From Macrostomum lignano (taxonomy: Eukaryota): DNA of 45,042 nt. The notes beneath the pieces are model-generated. The model did not search any database. It was not told where the DNA came from and saw only the letters and a list, made by a program, of their open reading frames with translations. The translations under genes were made by a program, and so were the position numbers. The stretch lies in NCBI GenBank assembly GCA_002269645.1, contig NIVC01004458.1, positions 1-45,042 on the forward strand. The letters run 5' to 3'. This document shows positions 11,066-21,200 of this stretch, piece after piece. Every line of letters begins with the position of its first letter. The first letter of the stretch is position 1.

Positions 11066-14000
11066 GGCAGACAGACAGACAGACAGGCAGGCAGGCAGGC
11101 AGAAAAAGCTCGAACTTACCCAGATCTTTTTGCCCTATTTCATGTCATTCCCCATAAATCGAAGGCTGTTTCGTAGCATAGCATGGGGATTAAAGCAACT
11201 CGAATGGATAGGATTAGTATTGGGAGACGAGAGGGCAGAGAGGATTAGAGAGGAAAGAGATGGAAGATCAGGGTAGAGTGCACTGCTGTGTGCAGGTTTA
11301 ACCCAAGTACGGCAGAACCTGCGGGGCTCCTGGAGTGCAGGGGGGAGAGGCGGAGAGGCGCAGGAGTACTCTGTAGCCCGAGTTCGCGCGAACTTGTCCC
11401 TAAAAGCCTGCTTTATGCTATAAATATACATGTATTAAGCTCTCTAACTCTCTCCTCAACACTAACTATAACGCTCCTCTCATGTTTTGCATTTTATATA
11501 TTCTAGTATAACTCCTTGTTGTAAACTCAGTCAGTCAGTCAGTCAGTCAGTCAGTCAGTCAGTCAGTCAGTCACCCACTCACTCAAGTCAGTCAGTCAGT
11601 CAGTCAGTCAGTCAGTCAGTCAGTCAGTCAGTCAGTCAGTCAGTCAGTCACCCACTCACTCAAGTCAGTCAGTCAGTCAGTCAGTCAGTCAGTCAGTCAG
11701 TCAGTCAGTCAGTCAGTCAGTCAGTCAGTCAGTCAGTCAGTCAGTCAGTCAGTCAGTCAGTCACCCACTCACTCAAGTCAGTCAGTCAGTCAGTCAGTCA
11801 GTCAGTCAGTCAGTCAGTCAGTCAGTCACTCACTTAAGTCAGTCAGTCAGTCAGTCAGTGAGTCAGTCAGTCAGTCAGTCAGTCAGTCAGTCAGTCAGTC
11901 AGTCAGTCAGTCAGTCAGTCAGTCAGTCAGTCAGTCAGTCAGTCAGTCAGTCAGTCAGTCAGTCAGTCAGTCAGTCAGTCAGTCAGTCAGTCAGTCAGTC
12001 AGTCAGTCAGTCAGTCACTATCTATTATTCCATCAAAAGAAAGATAGAGTTTCTCTGTACAGTGTCTCAATGAACTTTGCTAGAAATGGAAGTGAAATCT
12101 TTCACCTCCTGTCTGGTCTGACGGGCGCGTCAATTCAAGGGTGAAAATGGATACGAAAGTAAAACAAAAGCCTCTAGCTAGCTGCTAGGCAGTCATGCAG
12201 TCATGAATGCCAGCTGGAGACAGAAGGGCTTTCAAACTGTACTTTTAGCTCGTAGCTTATGTGCTTGCAATTAAGGCATCAAGTTATCCCATGGTTGAAC
12301 GAAAATCGTCTCTTTAATCATCTCGGCGCGAACCGAGTGACAGGACGCCCACCAAGAGACAGGGGCGCCCACCAAGAGACAGGGACGCCCACCAAGAGAC
12401 AGGGACGCCCCAGAATTGACAGGGGCGCCAACCAAGAGACAGGGACGCCCACCAAGAGACAGGGACGCCCACCAAGAGACAGGGACGCCCACCAAGAGAC
12501 AGGGACGCCCACCAAGAGACAGGGACGCCCACCAAGAGACAGGGACGCCCACCAAGAGACAGGGACGCCCACCAAGAGACAGGGACGCCCCCGAATTGAC
12601 AGGGGCGCCAACCAAGAGACAGGGACGCCCACCAAGAGACAGGGACGCCCACCAAGAGACAGGGACGCCCCCGAATTGACAGGGGCGCCAACCAAGAGAC
12701 AGGGGCGCCCACCAAGAGACAGGGACGCCCACCAAGAGACAGGGACGCCCACCAAGAGACAGGGGCGCCCACCAAGAGACAGGGGCGCCCACCAAGAGAC
12801 AGGGGCGCCCACCAAGAGACAGGGACGCCCAACAAGAGACAGGGACGCCCACCAAGAAACAGGGACGCCCACCAAGAGACAGGGACGCCCACCAAGAAAC
12901 AGGGACGCCCACCAAGAGACAGGGACGCCCCCGAATTGACAGGGACGCCCACCAAGAGACACGGAGCGCCCACCAAAACACCAAACATTGGCGCCTTTAA
13001 AAGCGTTGCGGCATTTTAATTTACATTTCACTTGCTCCTTGCAGATACATTGTGCCAGAAATCGGTATTTAATGGCATCAAACACGCCTAGAAATCGCTG
13101 CAAATGAAAACACATGCTAAAAGCTGCAACTGGACACCTACAAACAGACTTCACTTAGCTAAAAATATCCATGCGACTGCAAGGTAAACACGAATTGAAA
13201 CATAAGTTATTATTATTCAAGACATTCAATTGCAGCACTCGCTACAGGAATGAATTCAACCAATAATAAAATTATTTCTAAAAATCTGTTATGGTCTAGT
13301 ACGTGTACACTGAGAATCGACGGGGAATAAAAGGGGTTAAGAAACGGTAATCAAAGAGAGTTCAGAAACGGTAATGTGAGAGAGTTCAGAAACGGTAATC
13401 TGAGAGAGTTCAGAAACGGTAATCAGAGAAGGTTCAGAAACGGTAATCAGAGAGGGTTCAAAGGTAATCAGAGAGGTGTCAGAAACGGTAATCAGAGAGG
13501 TGTCAGAAACGGTAATCAGAGAGAGAGAGTTCAGAAACGGCAATCAGAGAGATAGTTCAGAAACGGTAATCAGAGAGAGAGTTCAGAAACGGCAATCAGA
13601 GAGAGTTCAAAGGTAATCAGAGAGAGAGTTCAAAGGTAACCAGAGAGGTGTCAGAAACGGTAATCAGAGAGGTGTCAGAAACGGTAATCAGAGAGAGAGT
13701 TCAGAAACGGTAATCAGAGAGAGTTCAAAGGTAATCAGAGAGAGAGTTCAGAAACGGTAATCAGAGAGAGGGTTCAGAAACGGTAATCAGAGAGAGGGTT
13801 CAGAAACGGTAATCAGAGAGAGGGTTCAGAAACGGTAATCAGAGAGAGTGTTCAGAAACGGTAATCAGAGAGAGTTCATAGGTAATCAGAGAGAGAGTTC
13901 AAAGGTAATCAGAGAGAGAGTTCAAAGGTAATCAGAGAGAGAGTTCAAAGGTAATCAGAGAGAGAGTTCAGAAACGGTAATCAGAGAGAGTTCAGAAACG

Positions 14001-16491
14001 GTAATCAGAGAGAGTTCAGAAACGGTAATCAGAGAGAGGTTTCAGAAACGGTAATCAGAGAGAGTTCAGAAACGGTAAGCAGAAAAAATGTATACAAGTT
14101 CATTCAAACAAATTAAATATATACATCTATAAAGCAGCTTACCTAGTTGGCTCATCAAAGAACATAATAGGTGGATTGCTCAACAACTCCTGAGCAATCG
14201 CCAGTCGCTTTTTCTGTCCGCCACTCAGAGACGAAGCCCTGGTGGAGCTGCATTCGGCCAGACCCAGCACGTCCAGAATGGTCCGAACCATGGCCTCCTT
14301 TTTCTCGGCCGGTTCGCACAAGCGCAGATTGGCTGAACAGGTCATGGACTCGTACACAGACAGGTGCGGCAGTAGCAGGTCCTCTTGCATGATGTAGCAA
14401 GAGTTTTTACGGAACTTTCGCAGATTTCTAATCTGTCCGTTGACTAGAATATCGCCTTCAACGTTTTTACTGATGTAGCCAGCTAAGACGTTGGTGAGGC
14501 TGCTCTTGCCCGCTCCGCTGGGGCCCATCAGGGCTACTAGGCGACCCGGCTTGAACTTGCCGTTCAAACTGTCCAGAATAGTCTTCTGAGCTGTTGAGTT
14601 CAGATGCAGTTTGGGTAAAGAAAGAGGTCACGCATCAGTATCACAACGATCAAATCATTTACTCGTACTTGTAATGATATTCTCCAAATAGAAATCCAAG
14701 TCAGCTGTCTAGGGTTGCTACACGTAGCAGTGACGTCCAGGCCTCTAAAGACATCAGAGTTATTAACTACCCCAGGGTCTCAGTGACGTTCCAGGCCTCT
14801 AAAGACATCAGAGTTATTAACTACCCCAGGGTCTCAGTGACGTTCCAGGCCTCTAAAGACATCAGAGTTATTAACTACCCCAGGGTCTCAGTGACGTTCC
14901 AGGCCTCTAAAGACATCAGAGTTACTAACTACCCCAGGGTCTCAGTGACGTTCCAGGCCTCTAAAGACATCAGAGTTATTAACTACCCCAGGGTCTCAGT
15001 GACGTTCCAGTCTGTAGACATCAGAGTTATTAACTACCCCAGGGTCTCAGTGACGTTCCAGTCTGTAGACATCAGAGTTACTAACTACCCCAGGGTATCA
15101 GTGACGTTCCAGTCTGTAGACATCAGAGTTATTAACTACCCCAGGGTCTCAGTGACGTCCCAGGCCTCTAAAGACATCAGAGTTATTAACTACCCCAGGG
15201 TCTCAGTGACGTTCCAGACCCTAGACATCAGAGTTATTAACTACCCCAGGGTCTCAGTGACGTTCCAGGCCCTAGACATCAGAGTTATTAACTACCTTCA
15301 GGGTATCAGTGACGTTCCAGGCCTTTAAAGACATCAGAGTTATTAACTACCCCAGGGTCTCAGTGACGTTCCAGGCCCTAGACATCAGAGTTATTAACTA
15401 CCTTCAGGGTATCAGTGACGTTCCAGGCCTTTAATGACATCAGAGTTATTAACTACCCCAGGGTCTCAGTGACGTTCCAGGCCCTAGACATCAGAGTTAT
15501 TAACTACCCCAGGGTATCAGTGACGTTCCAGTCTGTAGACATCAGAGTTATTAACTACCCCAGGGTCTCAGTGACGTCCAGGCCTCTAAAGACATCAGAG
15601 TTATTAACTACCTTCAGGGTATCAGTGACGTTCCAGTCTCTAAACATTAGAACTATTAACTACCTTCAGGGTTTCAGTGACGTTCCAGTCTCTAAACATC
15701 AGAGTTATTAACTACCCCAGGGTATCAGTGACGTTCCAGGCTTCTATAGATATCAGAGTTATTAACTACCCCAGGGTATCAGTGACGTCCAGGCCTCTAT
15801 AGACATCAGAGTTATTAACTATCCCAGGGTATCAGTGACGTCCAGGCCTCTATAGACATCAGAGTTATTAACTACCTTCAGGGTATCAGTGACGTTCCAG
15901 TCTCTAAACATCAGAGTTAATAAATACCCCCAGGGTATCAGTGACCTTCCAAACTCTTTAGACACCAGATTAAATAATCCAGGATATCAGTAAAATTCCA
16001 GACTCTAGGGTCCTAGACATCAGAGTGAACTATTTAGGGGATCGATGACATAACAGCCCTTCTAGACATCAGTATCAAAGGATCAACCTTCTTTAGTACT
16101 CCGGGTAGAAGTAATCATCATTCTTTCGAATATCTAAGACATAAGCAAACGTTTGCTTACCATTCCGTACGCGCACGTAGTAGCTCAGATTCTTGAACTC
16201 CAAAGTCAATGGAGTTTTGCCCTGCAATCGGAGGAACATCTCTTTGCCTTTGAGCGAATTGTAGGATGACTTTAAGTCGTTATCTGTGGGCATATTGATG
16301 GCTGTGGAGGCACCGTCTGGTGGGGGGTTTGAGCGCAGCGGCACAGTCTCTTCTTTATCGGCTGCCTTCGCGGTGGCAGCTGGATTGGTGCCAGATGAGG
16401 CAGCTTGCTGTTCGCAACTCACGCTGAGCACGGCAGGTCCACCAGATTTGGCTGCTTTACCTCTGCTTTTAGACTTCTTTGGTTCTGGCAT
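4763..16491 (-). CDS. ABCG1: ABCG1/ABCG4-like half ABC transporter, 742 aa, 8 coding exons: 16161..16491, 14143..14590, 9474..10011, 9322..9342, 8164..8256, 7897..8065, 6671..6943, 4763..5118
   Basis: Walker A GPSGAGKS, signature LSGGQ, Walker B FFDEPTSGLD and H-loop CTIHQP precede a TMD with [23 protein letters not shown] and [30 protein letters not shown], as in the ABCG1/4 subfamily. All 7 introns are GT-AG with matching phases. The CDS totals 2229 nt (743 codons). Exact orthology is untested, and an upstream non-coding exon is possible (acceptor near 16525). Confidence 0.92.
5144..6530. repeat. Intronic minisatellite, 20-22 bp unit (TCAGTGACTCAGTGTTTTCTTA), about 60 copies
   Basis: Fills most of ABCG intron 7. 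Nearly every unit contains TGACTCA. Confidence 0.95.
6671..6943 (-). CDS. ABCG1: ABCG exon 7 (TMD)
   Basis: Acceptor TGCAG|TT and donor CTGG|GTGAGA. Encodes [33 protein letters not shown]...AIFL. Confidence 0.92.
6995..7850. repeat. Intronic minisatellite, 54 bp unit (AAAAGATCAAAGGAAATAGCTAGGGGGAGGGTAAAGGCAGTGGCGGCAATTTAT)
   Basis: Fills ABCG intron 6. Copies degrade toward the left end. Confidence 0.9.
7897..8065 (-). CDS. ABCG1: ABCG exon 6 (TM1-TM2)
   Basis: Acceptor CCCTAG|CAA and donor ACCT|GTGAGT. Encodes [28 protein letters not shown]...LMPTVLT. Not in the ORF track. Confidence 0.92.
8164..8256 (-). CDS. ABCG1: ABCG exon 5
   Basis: Acceptor TTCCAG|GAC and donor ACG|GTGAGA. Encodes [31 protein letters not shown], the conserved F.T...QF..L..R......RD segment before TM1. 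Confidence 0.9.
8400..9101. repeat. Intronic GC-rich minisatellite, 28/31 bp unit (GAGGATCTGGGAGGCTGGCCCAGCAACT)
   Basis: Fills most of ABCG intron 4. Confidence 0.93.
9322..9342 (-). CDS. ABCG1: ABCG exon 4, candidate 21-nt microexon (ANESSVK)
   Basis: CACGTTAG|GCAAACGAGAGCTCCGTCAAG|GTAAGT. Phase 0-0, in frame with both neighbours. Inclusion is not required for an open frame. Confidence 0.6.
9474..10011 (-). CDS. ABCG1: ABCG exon 3 (D-loop, H-loop, linker)
   Basis: Acceptor CGCAG|C (phase 2) completes [14 protein letters not shown]. Contains [17 protein letters not shown] and [10 protein letters not shown]. Donor AAT|GTAAGT. Confidence 0.92.
10075..10490. repeat. Polypyrimidine (CT-rich) low-complexity tract with an internal unit of about 36 bp
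   Basis: Repeated CTCTCCCTCTCCGTCTCCCTCTCTCTCTGCCTTACC-like units in ABCG intron 2. Confidence 0.85.
10939..11102. repeat. (ACAG)n microsatellite
   Basis: Read directly, with occasional GCAG variants. Confidence 0.97.
11527..12017. repeat. (TCAG)n microsatellite
   Basis: Read directly, interrupted by TCACCCACTCACTCAAG. Confidence 0.97.
12338..12972. repeat. Intronic minisatellite, 20 bp unit (GACAGGGACGCCCACCAAGA), about 31 copies
   Basis: Read directly. A CCCCGAATT variant recurs periodically. Confidence 0.95.
13337..14078. repeat. Intronic minisatellite, about 21-27 bp unit (AGAGAGTTCAGAAACGGTAATCAG)
   Basis: Read directly. Ends about 65 bp from the donor of ABCG exon 2. Confidence 0.93.
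14143..14590 (-). CDS. ABCG1: ABCG exon 2 (Walker A, signature, Walker B)
   Basis: Acceptor AACAG|CT and donor ACTAG|GTAAGC. Contains [24 protein letters not shown] and MFFDEPT. Confidence 0.95.
14729..16025. repeat. Intronic minisatellite, 51-54 bp unit (CAGTGACGTTCCAGGCCTCTAAAGACATCAGAGTTATTAACTACCCCAGGGTCT), about 24 copies
   Basis: Fills ABCG intron 1. Most units carry TGACGT. Confidence 0.95.
16161..16491 (-). CDS. ABCG1: ABCG exon 1 (disordered N-terminus, start of NBD)
   Basis: MPEPKKSKS...[16 protein letters not shown] with donor AATG|GTAAGC (phase 1), which joins exon 2 as [13 protein letters not shown]. Confidence 0.85.
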
Positions 16492-17554
16492 TTGTATGCA
16501 GAGAAGTTTTGCTTTGCTTGAAGCTCTGAAAATTGAACAGAGTATCAAAATATGTTTGGTAGAAATTAAAGTTACTCAAGCAACTGAAGAATTTCCTCAC
16601 TTTTTATCAAGCTAAATATGTTTTCAAACTTCTGGCTTTAACTTATAATGAAAAGCAACTTATAAATATTCTTAATATTTGAGGAACTTAAAAACAAAAG
16701 ATAATATCTTGGGTGATAAAATAAGACACGTTTTGTATAAATCAGTATAAAAAACATATACATTAAATAGGTACTCAAAATTCATTGAAATTTAATGCTT
16801 TTAAGTAAACTTATACAATTATAAAGTAAAACTGTTCAGGATATAACAGAAATATAATGCTAATAAAATTTAAATTATTATTTATTTGTACATATTTGAA
16901 TTCGATGGTAATGAATAAGTTGTCAATAAGTGAGATAGCAAACAATATATGCTACTAAAGAATGTGGTGCAGGTGTTCATGTGTGAATTTGAATGCTAAA
17001 TTTAAATTCTCTTCATTAAAATGTGATGTCAAGATTGCAAAACCGGTACAAAAATTATTTATGTGAAGGGTTGTACCAACTTTTGTTTGGTTTTTTGCAA
17101 ATGTCTGACTATAGCAATATACAATAATACAGCTGTATGTGACTTATTCGGACAGAAGATTCAAACGTTACGAGTATAAAACGTCTAAGCCTAACTCTAA
17201 CTCTAACTAAGACTTAAAAGTAAAAAGTTCAGTTAACAAATTAGAACAGTCAGTGCAAGAAGTAAAGACAAAGAAAATCGGAAACAGACAAATTCTTCTC
17301 GCGATCATTTAATTACCGTGCTTGTTGTAGCATTTGAATTTCCGCCAAATGTTAATGACGCGAACGAAAGCAGTTTCGTTTACAAATAAAACCCGCAAAA
17401 ATCAATATTTAAACATGAATGAAAAGCCTAAATCATTCAAACCTTGGAATACAATGGTTTTCTTCCTTTTAATTCAGGTCTGCCGAACTTTTCGCCTTTT
17501 TTCTTTTAAAACAATCGGTCTGTGAAGTTTTTAATCCTTATTCAATGGGAACAT

Positions 17555-17583
17555 TGTTCTGTTGTTGAATTAACGAACGCAGA
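17555..17583 (-). repeat. Terminal 29 bp of element B 3' LTR
   Basis: TGTTCTGTTGTTGAATTAACGAACGCAGA, identical to 24580..24608. Confidence 0.92.
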
Positions 17584-18289
17584 CGCAGCCTCCAAAGTGA
17601 AGCTCCTGCTGAGAGGGGAGGCCCAGGTCTGTGTTTGGGACATGCCAGATGCCGATAAAAAGAGTTATGAGAAAATCAAGGCACTTCTTCTCCAGCAGTA
17701 CGGCGGCTCTGCCAATCAGCACCACGCCATGCAGGAGTTCCAAGGTCGACAACGAAAGAATGGCGAGTCAATCAGGGAGCTCTCGTTCGCTCTCAGGCTG
17801 CTGTACATGAGAGCCCGCCCGGATGACCCATCAACGCTCCGTGATCGGGAGGTCAAGTTCAGAATTATCCAGCTATTAAGCGCAGGGATACGCGAAGCCC
17901 TGCTCAAGGAGAGCGACTCGGATACATGCACGCTGGGCACGCTGGTCGAGAGAGCCACCAGACTGGAGCAGGTGATGAGCAAGAACACGCCCGCAAGTTC
18001 GTCTATGGTCTCCGTGGTTGACGACCGGCTGTCCCGACTCGAGCAGCAGCTGGAGACACTGACAGCTGCCGTGACAAGCGGCGCCGCTAGAGGAGGCCGC
18101 GCTGGACCAGGTGACCGTCGGCAGGCCCAGAGAACATCCGGTTGCTACCAGTGCGGCAAAGACGGTCACATCGCGCGCAGATGTCCAACTAAAGGTTCCC
18201 ACAAGCAAGGTCGGTGCTTCAACTGCTCCGGTTGGGGCCACAATGCAGCGGTCTGCCCAAGTAAAGCCCGGCCGGCGGGAAACTTCTGA
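17584..18289 (+). CDS. gag: Element A Gag (N-terminally truncated) with two CCHC zinc knuckles
   Basis: Knuckles CYQCGKDGHIARRC and CFNCSGWGHNAAVC, plus the capsid-like segment FQGRQRKNGESIRELSFALRLL. The apparent GTG start at 17522 lies in flanking/LTR-B sequence and is not the true start. Confidence 0.85.
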
Positions 18290-21200
18290 GGGTTGGAAGC
18301 GACGGGCCAGCCCCAACCCGCCAAGTAAGTGCCCAGACTGCTCATTCTGTTTTTGTGCGTGCCCTGCTGCAAGAAAAGCCGGTCTGCTTCCTGCTCGACA
18401 CTGGTGCACAGACATCCCTCATCAGCCACAGCCTCATGCGGTCATGCGGCCTGCAGCTCGAGTCCGGGAGCAGCTGCTGTCCAACGTCAGTAGACGGTAG
18501 TCGCCTGCAGTGCCTCGGAACAGCCCGGGGAACAGTTCAAGTTGGAGAGACGACTCGATTGGACCATGTATTCAACGTCGTAGAGGGAATAAGCGTAGAC
18601 CTTATCCTAGGGATGGACTTTATCGGTCGGGCAACCAGCGAGCTACGGATTAACATCAACAACAAGACTGTCTTCTTTAATGATGAGGCCGTGCCGTTTT
18701 TCACCAACAGCTCAAAAATTCAAATGGTGACCGGGACGCTGGTGGCCCGCATTGAGTGCAACATCAACGTCCCCGCTAGGAGTGAGAAGCTGGTCTGGCT
18801 GCGAGTGAAGTCAAAAGATGAGCAGGGCGTTTTCGAGCCGAATGTGGAGTTTACTCAAGAGACCGGTCTGCTGGCATCCCGAGTTCTCGCCTTGTCCGCC
18901 GATCAGAGGATTCCCGTTCTCATGTGCAATCTGGGATCCGAGGCAGTAACACTGTATGCCAACAAAGCAGTCGGTGAATTCGAAGCTGCTGATGTACTCG
19001 AGCCGGTTGGGAACGTGAAGGAGAAACTGAAGAACTGGGACGTGAACCCCGAACTGACAGAGCTAGAAAGAGACAAGCTGATGACCATCTTGAAAGCCAA
19101 CGACGACCTGTTCAGCACTCATGAGTTTGACCTCGGCTCCACAAGCGTACTAAAGCACCACATCGAGCTCGAGCCAGGAGCACGGCCATTCAGGCAGCGC
19201 CAGCGCCCGCTCCCCCTGCCGCTGAGGGACCGAGTCGACGACAAGATTGGCCAGATGCTTGCGCACGACATCATTGAGCCGTCGAGCTCTCCATGGGCCA
19301 GCAATTTGATCGTGGTCAAGAAAAAGAACGGAGACATCCGCATCTGCACTGACTGGCGCCAGCTGAATGCCGCTACGGTAAAGGACGCCTATCCGCTCCC
19401 ACACCTACAACAGTCCATGGACGCGCTCTCAGGCTGCTCTTGGTTCACGACAATCGATTGCAAGCAGGGTTTCAATCAAGTGGAAGTTGAGGAAGCCGAC
19501 CGCTACAAGACGGCATTCTACTCTACCAGAGGACTCATGCAGTTCAAGAAAATGGGATTTGGAATGTGCAACTCGCCGGCTACGTTCCAACGACTAATGG
19601 AGCTGATCATGTCTGGCCTCACATGGGAGGAGGTCCTGGTCTACGTGGATGATCTAATAGTGTTCAGTAAGAGCTTTGATCAGCATCTAGTCAGCCTTCG
19701 ACGGGTTTTTGAACGGCTTCGAAGCGCTGGCCTGAAACTGAACAAGGAGAAGTCCGTGTTTGCGTACCGTAGTGTCAAGTACCTGGGCCATGTGGTCAGC
19801 AGCGAAGGAATTCAGCCAGACCCCAGTAAGGTGGAAGCTTTATCGAAGATTAAGACGCCGAGTTCAGCTGAGGAAGTGAGGCGATTCATCGGCATGCTGG
19901 GATTTTACCGGCGATTCATCCAAGACTTCAGCAGGATAGCCGCGCCTCTGCATGCAGCAACGCAAAAGACCGGCTTCACCTGGACGGATGAGTGTGAGAG
20001 CGCTTTCACCAAACTAAAGGAAAGGATCTGCCAGGCTCCCGTGCTTAGACTACCAGATTTTAGCCGGCCCTTCATCCTGAGTTGCGATGCAAGCGCATTT
20101 GCAGTCGGCGCGGTCCTCAGTCAGGCACACGGAGATTCGGAACTGCCGGTCGCTTTTGCCTCAAGAACTCTGAATAAGGCAGAAAGGAACTACTCAGCTA
20201 CCGACAGAGAACTGCTCGCCTTAGTCTGGAGCCTAAAACATTTCAGGTCATACCTGTGTAACGTGAAGCACTTCACCGCGTTCACCGATCATCAGCCACT
20301 GAAGGGCCTGCTACAGACTAAGGAACCTGAAGGGCGTCTGGCGCGCTGGCTTGACACGATTCAGCAGTTCAACTTCACGCTCTGCTATCGGCCTGGTCGA
20401 GAGAATGTCGTCCCGGACATGTTGAGTCGAACCGCCACCACTCAGCTCGACAGCAGCAGGGATCAAGACTTCCTAGAGGAACAGCAGCGCGATGCGCTTC
20501 TGCAGAGTGTCTTCAAGGCGCTCACCGAGGGACGCGAGCACCTGTCCAACAGCGGTCAGCAGAAGGTCGAGGAGTTCTTGGGCGATGACGGAATTGAGAT
20601 CGGACCGCATGGCGCGCTGGTCAGGCAAGGAAAGCCGGTCGTTCCGAGCCATCTGCGAGCCGAGTTCCTGGCCGACGCCCACGATGCAGCCGCTAGCGGT
20701 CACCTCGGCGCGGACAGAACACTACAGAAGTTGCGTGAGCGCTGCTGGTGGCCAAAAATGCAGCAGGATGTCCAGAACTGGGTCGCCAGCTGTGCAGCAT
20801 GCCTTCGGCGCAAGAACAATAGTCGCCCTCAGCGAGCTCCACTGCAGAGTACAGCACAGCCGGCGCGACCGTGGGAGACCGTGCAAATCGACATTAAGGG
20901 GCCGTTGCCAAGGACGCCTCGAGACAACAGCTACATTCTGAGCATCTGCGACTGCTTCTCCAAATGGATGGAAACCCGTGCTCTACCAAGTATCGAAGCC
21001 GAGCGAGTTGCTGATGTTCTGGTCCATCAAGTAGCCCTACGTCACGGAGTTCCGGACACGATTCACAGTGACCAGGGCCGGCAATTTGAGAGCCAGCTGT
21101 TTCAGTCTCTGTGTGAGCAGCTCGGGATGCGGAAGACTCGAACTTCCCCGTTTCATCCGAGTGGCAACGGCCTGGTGGAGCGCGGAAACCGCACTCTCGG

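Noticed and set aside
10500-11510. Nested gene in ABCG intron 2 (ORFs 10420-10731 and 11135-11431)
   Set aside because: No recognisable motifs and no consistent splice phases; the ORFs run into low-complexity sequence.
3979-15711. Repetitive ORFs in the track (e.g. 3979-4593, 7343-7902, 8343-9096, 11487-12073, 12259-13154, 14783-15711, also 43304-43717)
   Set aside because: They are translations of tandem repeats that lack stops by chance. They are often open on both strands and mostly lie inside introns.
2715-16025. Regular repeat arrays as CRISPR arrays
   Set aside because: Units are head-to-tail with no unique spacers, there are no cas genes, and the context is a spliced eukaryotic gene.
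17522-17583. GTG at 17522 as the gag start of element A
   Set aside because: These codons come from host flank and the LTR-B fragment; the frame is open by chance across the junction.
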